Shown here: positions 9,135-17,842 of the stretch, in pieces | How positions within the stretch are numbered: position 1 is the first letter of the stretch | Layout of the letters: every line of letters begins with the position of its first letter | Origin: an uncultured archaeon | GTDB taxonomy: Archaea > Asgardarchaeota > Lokiarchaeia > Sigyniarchaeales > SOKP01 | Reading direction: 5' to 3' | DNA length: 19,143 bases | Assembly: GCA_964388035.1 (NCBI GenBank) | Contig: CAYLZE010000066.1 | Location: 1 to 19,143 of the forward strand | The notes under the pieces: generated by a model | Database searches by the model: none | What the model was told of the DNA's origin: nothing | What the model saw: the letters and a program-made list of their open reading frames with translations, nothing else | Made by a program: the position numbers and the translations under genes

Positions 9135-9622
9135 ATAAGCATTGATACTCGCTCATTTGATACGATCTTGAGTAAGATTATCAAATCGGAAAGTGGGATA
9201 AAGAAGGTTATTTTGGTTGACCGTACGGGATTAACTATTGCCAGCGTTTCCAAGTTCAGTTATTTCCCAGCAGATGTTGACGGTATTGGCGCAATTGCGA
9301 GTGCAGTGTTTTGTGCCAGTGAGGAACAGGGAAAAAATCTGGAACTCGGGGATTTAGACATCGTCACCTCAGAATTCTCGGGCGGAAAGATATTTGCAGC
9401 GAGCTGCGGAGTAAAAAATTAAAGTATTTGGCTTTAATTTACTCAAAAGGAGTTCTCTGCTTGATTTCCGACCCAGACATTAACATTGGATTGATTCGGC
9501 TAATATTAAAGAGATCAGGAGAAGAATTGAAGGAAATCTTAGATGAGTTCTTATCTGAAATTCCGGAAACCTTGGATTCGGGATTAGATTTAAGTGATCT
9601 CGATGAGTTAACTCCAGATTAA
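9135..9622 (+). CDS. Roadblock/LC7 (MglB/LAMTOR-like) protein, intron-containing: join(9135..9414,9447..9622), 151 aa
   Basis: Roadblock pattern VILVDRTGLTIAS...IGAIASAVFCASEEQGKNLELGDL..VTSEFSGGKIFAASCG followed by KGVLCLISDPDINIGLIRLILKR, split across two frames. Removing 32 nt joins them. A probable ATA start at 9135 follows an AGGTG SD. Confidence 0.85.
9415..9446 (+). other. Putative 32-nt bulge-helix-bulge (tRNA-endonuclease-type) intron in an mRNA
   Basis: 4-bp helix GAGT(9409-12)/ACTC(9441-44), two 3-nt AAA bulges (9413-15, 9445-47), a 9-bp intron stem and an imperfect exon-exon stem. Canonical cuts restore the frame. Confidence 0.8.
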
Positions 9623-9631
9623 ATAAACACG

Positions 9632-9640
9632 TTTTTTTTT
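9632..9640 (+). terminator. Oligo-T terminator of the Roadblock gene
   Basis: T9 run beginning 10 nt after the stop at 9622. Confidence 0.5.
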
Positions 9641-9956
9641 CGATTCCTTTTTAACCACTTTGATGAGGTCCTTAACAGAAATTAATTAAGGGTATCACTT
9701 AAAAATCAAATTCATTTAATTGAACAGTAACTTCTTTCTTGTTTTCTCTAAAAAATTTTCTGAAATTGTTATTAAGAGATTCACTTGTATTGATTGTTAA
9801 ATAGCTGATTGGAGAATACTCAGCGTAAAATTTGAAGAAAAAAATAAATGGAAAAAAAAATTATGAGATAATAAGATAGTATCCAAAAATATGGATAGGT
9901 TAGTTTTCTAAATTTAATACTTTTAATAATTATATTAGATACCTCTGATTAAAAAG

Positions 9957-12245
9957 TTGGTAATATCAATGATCAATGTTTTAGATAGTGAAAGGGACTC
10001 TGGGATTGATATTATAGGTAAGATACCTTGGGGAACCCATTTTTGTCAGTTTTATGAAACCCGGGACGATTTAAAAGATATTTTAATTTCTTATTTTAAA
10101 GCAGGATTGGAAAGTAATGAATACTGCATGTGGATTACCTCGGAACCCTTTAATGTTGAAGATACAATGGAAGCAATGAGAAATGCAATGAATAATTTTG
10201 ATTATTACTTAAATAAAGGGCAGATTGAAATTGTTCCTCATACCAAGTGGTATCTTCTAAAAGACATTTCTGATTATCAAAAAGTATTGAATGGCTGGGT
10301 TGAAAAATTGGAGCATGCGCTGAAAAAAGGTTATAGTGGATTAAGATTAAGTGGAAACACGTTTTGGTTGGAAGGATATGATATATGGGCGGATTTTGCC
10401 CAATATGAGCAAGAAATAAATAACATGATTGGAAATTACAAGATGATTGCAATTTGCACGTATTCCCTTCTTCAGTGCTCTATTAATGATATTTTGGATG
10501 TCGTCAATACTCATCAATTTGCGCTGATTAAACAAAAAGGTTCTTGGAGATTGATTGAAAATGCTGAACATAAAGAAACTAAAGCGGTATTACGTACTGA
10601 AATTCTCGAACGAAAAAAGCTTGAAGAAAAACTCATGCAACTAAATGCGGAATTGGAAGAACGAGTTAAGAAAAGGACAGAGGAAATCATAAAAACTACC
10701 TTAGAATTAAAAACAAGTAAGAAAGAACAAAAATTAGTTGAAGAACAACTTCTAAGACAAGCTGAACTTCTTGATCATGCTCAAGATGCCATTATTACTA
10801 CAGATCTTCAATATAATATTATTTATTTAAATAAAAGCACCCAAGAGTTTTATGGTCACTTATCGGGAAAGGTTATAGGCAAAAGCATAGATGTTCTTTT
10901 TATTGAAGCAACATATTTACTCCACCAAGCGAAAAAACAAGTGGAAAAAAAAGGAGGATGGCTAGGGGAATTACAAATTCTGACCCGAGATCAAGAAAAA
11001 AAAGTCGTTCAAAGCCGATGGACGATAATGAAAAATAAAAAGGGAGTTTCAAAATCAGTAATGGTGATAAATACCGATATAACCGAAAAAAATAAGCTTG
11101 AAACGGAATTATTTAGAGCTCAGAGAATAGAAAGTATAAATACTCTAGCGAGTGGTATTGCCCATGACTTAAATAATGTGCTGACACCTATAATTATGTC
11201 TGGAAACGTGTTGAAAAAGAAACTCACAGATGACCAAAGCAAGGCAATGCTAGACATTATAGAATCCAATGCTTGGAGAGGTGCAAACTTGTTAAAACAA
11301 CTCATGGCTTTTACTAAAGGTGTTGAAGGTACGTATACAACTTTGCAAATGGCTCCAATTATTAACGATATGAAAAAAATCTTAATAGAGACTTTTCCGA
11401 AGAACATTTCCTTTGAAATAAATGTCGCTGACAATCTTTTGCCCATTTCTGGAGATGAAACGCAATTATATCAAGTATTAATGAACTTATGTGTCAATGC
11501 AAGAGATGCAATGACTAATGGAGGAACACTTAGTATTACGGTGGAGAATTATTTCATTGATGTAACTTTTACACATTTTCATGTTGATGCCCATGTTGGT
11601 CCATACATTTTAATAATCATATCCGATAATGGAACTGGAATTTCCCCAGAAATAATCGACAAAATTTTTGATCCTTTTTTTACAGCTAAAGGTCTTGATA
11701 AAGGGATGGGGCTCGGTCTTTCAATTACGAGAGGAATCGTGAAAAGTCATGGTGGTTTCATTTCAGTATATAGTGAATACGGAAAAGGGGCAACATTCAA
11801 TGTATATTTACCAGCAGTGGAAGAGGGAGAAGAAGATAAAGCCCTCTTCAGGAAGAAAGAGCTTGTAAAAGGGCACGGAGAGAAAATCTTGCTGGTTGAC
11901 GATGAGCCAGAAATTCTGGAAGTTTTTCAATGTATTCTTGAAGATAATGGTTATAATGTATTAACTGCCCGTAATGGTGCCGAATGTATTGATTTATATA
12001 CTCATCATGCAAAAAACGTAAACCTTGTTATTATGGATATGATAATGCCAACCATGGACGGTGTAGCCACTGTACGTGTCTTGCGAGAAATTAACAATCA
12101 GGTTAAAATCATAGGTACCAGTGGATTATTAGAATATCAACAATTTGTGCAAAATTCGGATAGTTTTCAAGCTTTTTTAAATAAACCTTGTGCCACGGAC
12201 AAAATATTGCAAATAATTGACCAGGTTTTAAATGAGAAAAAATGA
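9957..12245 (+). CDS. Hybrid sensor histidine kinase/response regulator: MEDS - coiled coil - PAS - HisKA - HATPase - REC
   Basis: MEDS motifs PWGTHFCQFYE and GLRLSGN; PAS segment DAIITTDLQYNIIYLN; H-box GIAHDLNN; N-box NLCVNARDA; DNGTGI, FDPFFT and GMGLGL; receiver motifs LLVDDE, MDMIMP and KP. The true start may be ATG 9969. Confidence 0.95.
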   Translation: MVISMINVLDSERDSGIDIIGKIPWGTHFCQFYETRDDLKDILISYFKAGLESNEYCMWITSEPFNVEDTMEAMRNAMNNFDYYLNKGQIEIVPHTKWYLLKDISDYQKVLNGWVEKLEHALKKGYSGLRLSGNTFWLEGYDIWADFAQYEQEINNMIGNYKMIAICTYSLLQCSINDILDVVNTHQFALIKQKGSWRLIENAEHKETKAVLRTEILERKKLEEKLMQLNAELEERVKKRTEEIIKTTLELKTSKKEQKLVEEQLLRQAELLDHAQDAIITTDLQYNIIYLNKSTQEFYGHLSGKVIGKSIDVLFIEATYLLHQAKKQVEKKGGWLGELQILTRDQEKKVVQSRWTIMKNKKGVSKSVMVINTDITEKNKLETELFRAQRIESINTLASGIAHDLNNVLTPIIMSGNVLKKKLTDDQSKAMLDIIESNAWRGANLLKQLMAFTKGVEGTYTTLQMAPIINDMKKILIETFPKNISFEINVADNLLPISGDETQLYQVLMNLCVNARDAMTNGGTLSITVENYFIDVTFTHFHVDAHVGPYILIIISDNGTGISPEIIDKIFDPFFTAKGLDKGMGLGLSITRGIVKSHGGFISVYSEYGKGATFNVYLPAVEEGEEDKALFRKKELVKGHGEKILLVDDEPEILEVFQCILEDNGYNVLTARNGAECIDLYTHHAKNVNLVIMDMIMPTMDGVATVRVLREINNQVKIIGTSGLLEYQQFVQNSDSFQAFLNKPCATDKILQIIDQVLNEKK

Positions 12246-12389
12246 GACTAACCAATTTAAACATTAAAGAAAACTTTTGGTTCCATTCTTACTCTTTTTG
12301 AGAATTAAATTTAGTTCTTTCAGTTAATAAGAAATAAATGCTATTCATTCCTTAATTCATTGTTTCAAATGAAATGAACGTGAGTACTC

Positions 12390-13193
12390 ATGGATTTAGA
12401 ACTTGAAAATAAAGTTGCTTTGGTATTAGCCTCCAGCAAAGGCTTGGGTTTAGCTTGTGCAAAGGTCTTTTACAAGGAAGGGACCAATGTAATTATTTGT
12501 GGTAGAAATGAGAAGAATTTAAAAAACGCGGAAGAAGAAATAAGCAGATTAAATTCTATTGCAGAGAAGAATAAAATATTTAGCATCGTTGCAGATTTAT
12601 CACGTGAAGAAGATATTAAGCGCCTTGTAATTAAAACAATGGAGATATTTGGCCGCATTGATATTTTAGTACATAATGCGGGAGGACCCCCCTCAGGTAC
12701 CATTGATATGATAACGAGAGACCAATGGAATGATTCCATTAATTTAAACTTACTCTCATTAATTAGGATTTGCGATTTAGTTGTTCCCATAATGCAAAAA
12801 CAAGAGTATGGGCGCATTATTGCCATGACTTCGGTTTCCGTCAAGCAACCCTTAGAGAATCTTGTATTGTCAAATACCACTCGTTTAGGAGTGGTGGGGT
12901 ATGCGAAAACCCTTTCAAATGAACAAGCGAAGCATAATATTCTTGTGAATGTCGTTTGCCCGGGACCCACCCTAACTAACAGAATGAAAGAGATTATAGA
13001 AGTTTCTGTTGAGCGAACGGGAAAATCAAAAGAAGAAGTTGAAAAATCTTGGACGGATGATATTCCTTTAGGGAGATTAGGCAAACCAGAAGAACTTGCC
13101 AACTTGATAGTATTTTTAGCTTCAGGAAAGGCAAGTTTTATAACGGGAACGGTCATTCAGGTGGATGGAGGATTTATTAAAGGAGTTTTCTAA
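12390..13193 (+). CDS. SDR family oxidoreductase (3-oxoacyl-ACP reductase-like subgroup)
   Basis: Motifs ASSKGLG, DILVHNAGGP, SNTTR in place of YxxxK, VNVVCPG, IPLGRLGKPEE and ITGTVIQVDGG. Confidence 0.93.
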   Translation: MDLELENKVALVLASSKGLGLACAKVFYKEGTNVIICGRNEKNLKNAEEEISRLNSIAEKNKIFSIVADLSREEDIKRLVIKTMEIFGRIDILVHNAGGPPSGTIDMITRDQWNDSINLNLLSLIRICDLVVPIMQKQEYGRIIAMTSVSVKQPLENLVLSNTTRLGVVGYAKTLSNEQAKHNILVNVVCPGPTLTNRMKEIIEVSVERTGKSKEEVEKSWTDDIPLGRLGKPEELANLIVFLASGKASFITGTVIQVDGGFIKGVF

Positions 13194-13301
13194 TCAAACT
13201 ATTAAAAAAACTGTAGAAGGAATTAAAGTAGTAGAATCAATTAATTGTTATTAATTAATCCAAAGGATTTCTTTTTTAGGTAAAAAAAAGGAAAAAGAGG
13301 G

Positions 13302-14375
13302 TTATTTTTTGAAGATTTGAAGGTTTTTTATTTTAAGGTATTTTTCCACGATAGTTAAGATTTCATCCTTGGAACCAATATAACTAAATAATTGATGCTT
13401 AGCTATTCCAATAGAGGTTTTTTCTTGAGTTTTAAAAGTGCTTAATTGCAATTCTATTTCACCAAAATTCAAATTATCTTTATCAGGTGATTCAGAATTA
13501 TAGGATTGAATAACACCAATTTCCATGTTGGGATGATCTCGAGAAATATCATAACAATCGTCTTGACTTCTTGGAATATCGTTAGATAACTTAACAAGGA
13601 AACCATAGTCTTGAGACTCAGGAATTTGTGATACATACCCGATTTTAGCAGGTATTTCGTAATCAATATCTTCTGGTCGTATTGCTAATTTATATATATC
13701 ATTTACATCTATTTTGAATCCCACATAATTCTCTCCTAGAATTAACCTCTTATTAGGAATGTTCCTAAAATAGGAAAGAGGTTTTGGATCTAATTTTGTG
13801 GGGATTAACACGGTGCCAGGATTATTGGGGCCTTGGCTTATCACGGTTGCCAGACTCCATCCATTTATCTTTAAATTTTGCTGATTCAACCAACATTCCT
13901 CTAAAATTTCCAAGCCACAATACTCGAGATCCGTGGAAAATGGCTCCTTAAGGATTTTGAAGGTACGGTTAATTTGTCCCTCATACTTTTCTTTATTAAT
14001 TTGGTTAATTACAGTAATCTTGCTTTGAACAGAGCATGCTTCGCTCGATTCTTCAAGGATTTTATAGTTAGCGGGGTCAATACTTGGAGGACAAAACCAT
14101 CCTTTCCAATTCTCAGGATCCTCATAAAAAAAGAGTTGTTCAGGGCTTATCCAGTATCTATCTCCACCGATATCCCAGCCACGTGATAATATAGTTTCCC
14201 TAACATTGGGATTAATCCATAGGAGATTACCATTATTTTTTCTAGGAAATAAGCCTAATGGTCTTCCACCATATTCAGAAATCACGGAAATAGATCCTTC
14301 CTTCCCATTTAAAAGCGAAACGTGAGTGACATCGGATAATGTGGATATTAGCTCATCAGAAGTATAATATTTCAT
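13302..14375 (-). CDS. Conserved hypothetical protein, DUF6786-like (possibly mutarotase-like beta-sandwich)
   Basis: 357-aa ORF with motifs YGGRPLGL, LLWINP, GGDRYWISPE and FGEIELQ. The family is assigned from memory. Confidence 0.6.
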   Translation of the reverse strand: MKYYTSDELISTLSDVTHVSLLNGKEGSISVISEYGGRPLGLFPRKNNGNLLWINPNVRETILSRGWDIGGDRYWISPEQLFFYEDPENWKGWFCPPSIDPANYKILEESSEACSVQSKITVINQINKEKYEGQINRTFKILKEPFSTDLEYCGLEILEECWLNQQNLKINGWSLATVISQGPNNPGTVLIPTKLDPKPLSYFRNIPNKRLILGENYVGFKIDVNDIYKLAIRPEDIDYEIPAKIGYVSQIPESQDYGFLVKLSNDIPRSQDDCYDISRDHPNMEIGVIQSYNSESPDKDNLNFGEIELQLSTFKTQEKTSIGIAKHQLFSYIGSKDEILTIVEKYLKIKNLQIFKK

Positions 14376-14547
14376 TATTCATCAATTAGAAATATACTCT
14401 TAACTTTAAATTTTTTTGACTTTATATTTTTACATCCTTTCTCTTCTAATTTATTATTCTTTAAATTATTAGTTATGATTCCCAATACTTCCTTTATTCG
14501 GTGTATATGTTACTTCATTTCAGTATTATGAATTCTTTAATTAAAAA

Positions 14548-14951
14548 TCACACATATAAATGAACTGGAGAATCTAAGAAATAATTTGAAAGCGTTCGAA
14601 TAAGTTTTTGAAATTCTTCAATTATAAAAGAATCATATATAGGTTTATTGGAAAAACAGTAAATAAATTAGAATGCGTAGTCATGGATTTTACTAAAGCA
14701 CAATAATTATTTTCACCCAAATCAAGATCAACCTTAACTATTTCAATCTTTTTGTGGGGATCAACTTGATGTCTCCCTTTTTTAGCTTCTTTATCTATAA
14801 AGTTCCATAGCAAAGAAATACCTTGTAGATAAGGATTAAAGGTAGGGATATTATCATATTCAGAGGCAATAATAACTCCATCTTGATTTACAACTATTAT
14901 CATTAAAACGTGGGTTTTACCTTTAAAATTCGCTAGTAGATTTTTAATCAT
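14548..14951 (-). pseudogene. Roadblock-like protein with a probable 2-nt frameshift in an AT dinucleotide run at about 14635-14641
   Basis: Roadblock N-terminal pattern IIVVNQDGVIIAS. The missing C-terminal helix (YDSFIIEEFQKLIRTLSNYF...) lies in another frame ending at TGA 14548-14550. Confidence 0.6.
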
Positions 14952-15051
14952 TGTTTTTATAATTCACCTACCAAAATTCTTAAACCCTTTTTCATTTTGC
15001 GTTAAAATCCTTAATGGAATAATAATTATATAAGAGTAATTTCATATTGAA

Positions 15052-15522
15052 TCAATTAGATTTAAGGAAATTAGAAATAAATTTCCCTATTATCTTGACC
15101 ATAAATTCCAATTTTTCCAAATCCGGATTGTTGAATCCATTAATAATGGTAATTAAATTGAATCTTGTAATATGTCGATCTTTTTGAATGATGCGACAAT
15201 AATGTAATATAGGATAAAAAACACCTTTTTCAATGTCAATGAAGCATTTTCTCATAATTTCAGTGATTTTCTTTTTTTGATTTATTTGGAATAGAATTTC
15301 TGAAATAAGGTTTACAGGATGAATTAATTTGAAAATATCTTCTGGTATTTCAATTAGCTGTTCATTATTTAAGATTTTGATAAAATCTAGTTCATTAATA
15401 AATTTGAATCTAAAATCCATATTTTCATTAAGAACTTTAAGGAAATAATTACAATTCTCGATGTTGCAAGCAATTATTTCTTCTTTGGTCAGGAATCTTT
15501 TCCTTTTTAGGGTTTCTTTCAT
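15052..15522 (-). CDS. Hypothetical protein in the GTPase/Roadblock operon
   Basis: 156-aa ORF starting 7 nt after the GTPase stop, on the same strand. Confidence 0.6.
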   Translation of the reverse strand: MKETLKRKRFLTKEEIIACNIENCNYFLKVLNENMDFRFKFINELDFIKILNNEQLIEIPEDIFKLIHPVNLISEILFQINQKKKITEIMRKCFIDIEKGVFYPILHYCRIIQKDRHITRFNLITIINGFNNPDLEKLEFMVKIIGKFISNFLKSN

Positions 15523-15529
15523 GATTCTT

Positions 15530-16996
15530 TCATTTAGGCGTTAAAATTTCGAATTGTTTAAAATTTATATTAGAAAGTAATAGAGTAAAAACCTCATCAA
15601 TGCCTTGTCCTGTTAGGGCGGAAGTCTTATAGAAATAACAATTATATTGAGAAACAAATCGATCTACTTCTCGTCTGAACAAAATATTAGACTGGATCAA
15701 ATCAATTTTATTTGCTAATAAAATTACTGGAATCTCAGAATCTTTAACATAATACATGCATTCATCAAGGATAGCATTTAAATTTATAAAGGATTCTTTA
15801 TCGGTAGCATCGAATACTAAAATAATCGAATCCACTTTAGCAATAGAATAAAAGAAGGGACGTGCTGGAGCAAAATTCTTAATTCCTCCAAAATCATAGA
15901 AAAGTAACTTTACTTGAATAAGGGGAGAAACTTGCATTTCTTTTTCAAAAATCGAGAGCCCTATGGTGGGACGATATACATTCGTAAAATTTCCCTTGAT
16001 ATATTTTGAAAGCAATGAGGTTTTTCCAACTTTTGATTCTCCTAGAATGTAAATATTATGGAACACGTTCCTCCGAGTAGTCTGTTGGGAAGGAAACTCA
16101 ATTCTCATTGTACCATCATCTTTTACATTAGGCAGAAGTTTGAAGAGAGTATTTTTTTCAAGATTGCTCACTATCTGTTCTGCGATAATAAAAGAATAAG
16201 GTAAATAATTTTCAATGTGCGAATCATTATCAGATACTAAAACAAATAAAGCGGGAAAAAATGTTCCTAAATCTAAATAAAATAATCTGAACTCATTGGT
16301 GTCAATAATTCCTCTAGCAAAAGAGGAATTTGAATAAGAATTTACCTTTTTAATGATTGGTTCTAAGAGACTTATAATAGATCCAATAATTTCTTCATTA
16401 AAGGATTTATTTGATGTCTGACATATAGGGAAGCCATCACAATCAATAAGTAGGGCTGCTTTAACCTTCGATAATTGAGATATAATTCTTTTTAATAGAA
16501 TCCTTAACTCTTTAATCGTTTCTTCATTTGTTTGGATAATGGTAGAAATAAAATCCTTATTTCTGTTTCGATATTGACAATTAGTACATTTATTACGATC
16601 TCCGCAAAAATCCTCCTCTATTCTTAGATTATCTAATTTTTCATTGAATGAATCAAATTGAGAGATATTACCACAAAAGCCGTGTAATAATTTTTCAAAT
16701 TGTTTAGAAAAGATGGATTTAATTTTTAAAATCTTGCATTGAATCTCTTTCATATCATATTCTCTATCGGTTACTATAACATAATATAACTCAGAAAAGT
16801 TCTGATCAATGTAGAAATGAAAGATTATTTCCTCAAAATCTATAGACCTCATGCAAGACCCTGCAATTTCTTTTGAAAACGATTGAATTGCACTAAAAAA
16901 CCCCGACATTAATTGCATATCTGCCTTAAGTGCACTTTTATATTCTTGGTTTATCAATAACACTCCATCCTTAATGATAAAAATTGCGTGTATCAT
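15530..16996 (-). CDS. Longin - Cys motif - Roadblock - Ras/Rab-like small GTPase fusion protein
   Basis: Longin segment (IHAIFIIKDGVLL..LMSGFFSAIQSFSKEI); CGDRNKCTNC; Roadblock segment (AALLIDCDGFPI); G1 GESKVGKTS, G2 PTIG, G3 DFGG, G4 NKID, G5 TSAL. SD AAGGTG. Confidence 0.9.
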   Translation of the reverse strand: MIHAIFIIKDGVLLINQEYKSALKADMQLMSGFFSAIQSFSKEIAGSCMRSIDFEEIIFHFYIDQNFSELYYVIVTDREYDMKEIQCKILKIKSIFSKQFEKLLHGFCGNISQFDSFNEKLDNLRIEEDFCGDRNKCTNCQYRNRNKDFISTIIQTNEETIKELRILLKRIISQLSKVKAALLIDCDGFPICQTSNKSFNEEIIGSIISLLEPIIKKVNSYSNSSFARGIIDTNEFRLFYLDLGTFFPALFVLVSDNDSHIENYLPYSFIIAEQIVSNLEKNTLFKLLPNVKDDGTMRIEFPSQQTTRRNVFHNIYILGESKVGKTSLLSKYIKGNFTNVYRPTIGLSIFEKEMQVSPLIQVKLLFYDFGGIKNFAPARPFFYSIAKVDSIILVFDATDKESFINLNAILDECMYYVKDSEIPVILLANKIDLIQSNILFRREVDRFVSQYNCYFYKTSALTGQGIDEVFTLLLSNINFKQFEILTPK

Positions 16997-17005
16997 TTGA
17001 CACCT

Positions 17006-17422
17006 TTAATTATCATAATTTTCATAGATTAAATTCAAAGCATCTACTGCTTTATCGTATTCTTCAATAACTTCTTTTTGTCTAATAGAGATGGGTAAAA
17101 CAGCAATAAAGATTAAACATTGACCTATTGATCTCAGTATTATTGAAAATCCGATGTATTTTTTTATGACTTCATAAGAAACAATTTCTCTCTTTTCATT
17201 AAAATTAAATAAATCGGGATTTAATTTGGAAAGTATATCTATCGTGTGATATACTCTTAAAAGCTTTTCTTCAAAAACTTGATCTTGAATAAATTCCTCC
17301 TTAATCGAACTAATTATAAACCCGTCTTTGTAAATAATTGCGCATCCAATACAATTCGTTCGCTCTTTAAAGATCTCAAAGATTCGATTGATCTGCTTTT
17401 CTAATTCTTTTACCCCTATCAA
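17006..17422 (-). CDS. Roadblock/profilin-like small protein
   Basis: 138 aa: a helix, CAIIYKDGFIISS, strands and a C-terminal helix. It is paralogous in pattern to the ORF at 14548-14951. Confidence 0.7.
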   Translation of the reverse strand: MIGVKELEKQINRIFEIFKERTNCIGCAIIYKDGFIISSIKEEFIQDQVFEEKLLRVYHTIDILSKLNPDLFNFNEKREIVSYEVIKKYIGFSIILRSIGQCLIFIAVLPISIRQKEVIEEYDKAVDALNLIYENYDN

Positions 17423-17842
17423 AACTTCACGAGAATTTTAAAATAATTAAAATCTATGAACATACTCTAATACGAATAATTAGTATTAGGTTTGATATTT
17501 ATACTTTTTCTATTCAGAAATATTAAAATCATACTTTTTAACTATTTATTATAGGAGAAAAAATCTTTTCATAATATTTTGTATCAATTTTGGCATTCAT
17601 ATAATTCAAAAAAAGGGTAGGATTGGTCTCCACACTTATTATGGAAATTTGTGTGGAGATTAAATTAATATATCTCTTTAAACTCATAAATACAACATTT
17701 TTATAAATGATGCTTTTATATTATTCAGATGAACAAAAAAGCCATTTGATTTTCCTTATAGATATATATTTATTTCTTGATTTTATTATGATTTAAAACA
17801 TTAAACCTATAGATTATTAAAGATAATAAAAAATGTAAAGAA

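Noticed and set aside
9411-9450. Spliceosomal-type GT-AG intron reading of the insert
   Set aside because: GT 9411 to AG 9449 is 39 nt and does not restore the frame. The BHB explains the insert exactly.
9428-9622. 64-aa ORF as an independent gene
   Set aside because: Its start lies inside the putative intron loop with no SD, and its sequence is the C-terminal part of the Roadblock domain.
9660-9765. Possible C/D box sRNA (TGATGA ... CTGA) downstream of the Roadblock gene
   Set aside because: The box spacing is about 100 nt, too long for a typical archaeal C/D sRNA, with no clear C'/D' boxes.
12470-13156. 228-aa antisense ORF
   Set aside because: It is the shadow of the SDR gene; long antisense frames are common opposite SDRs.
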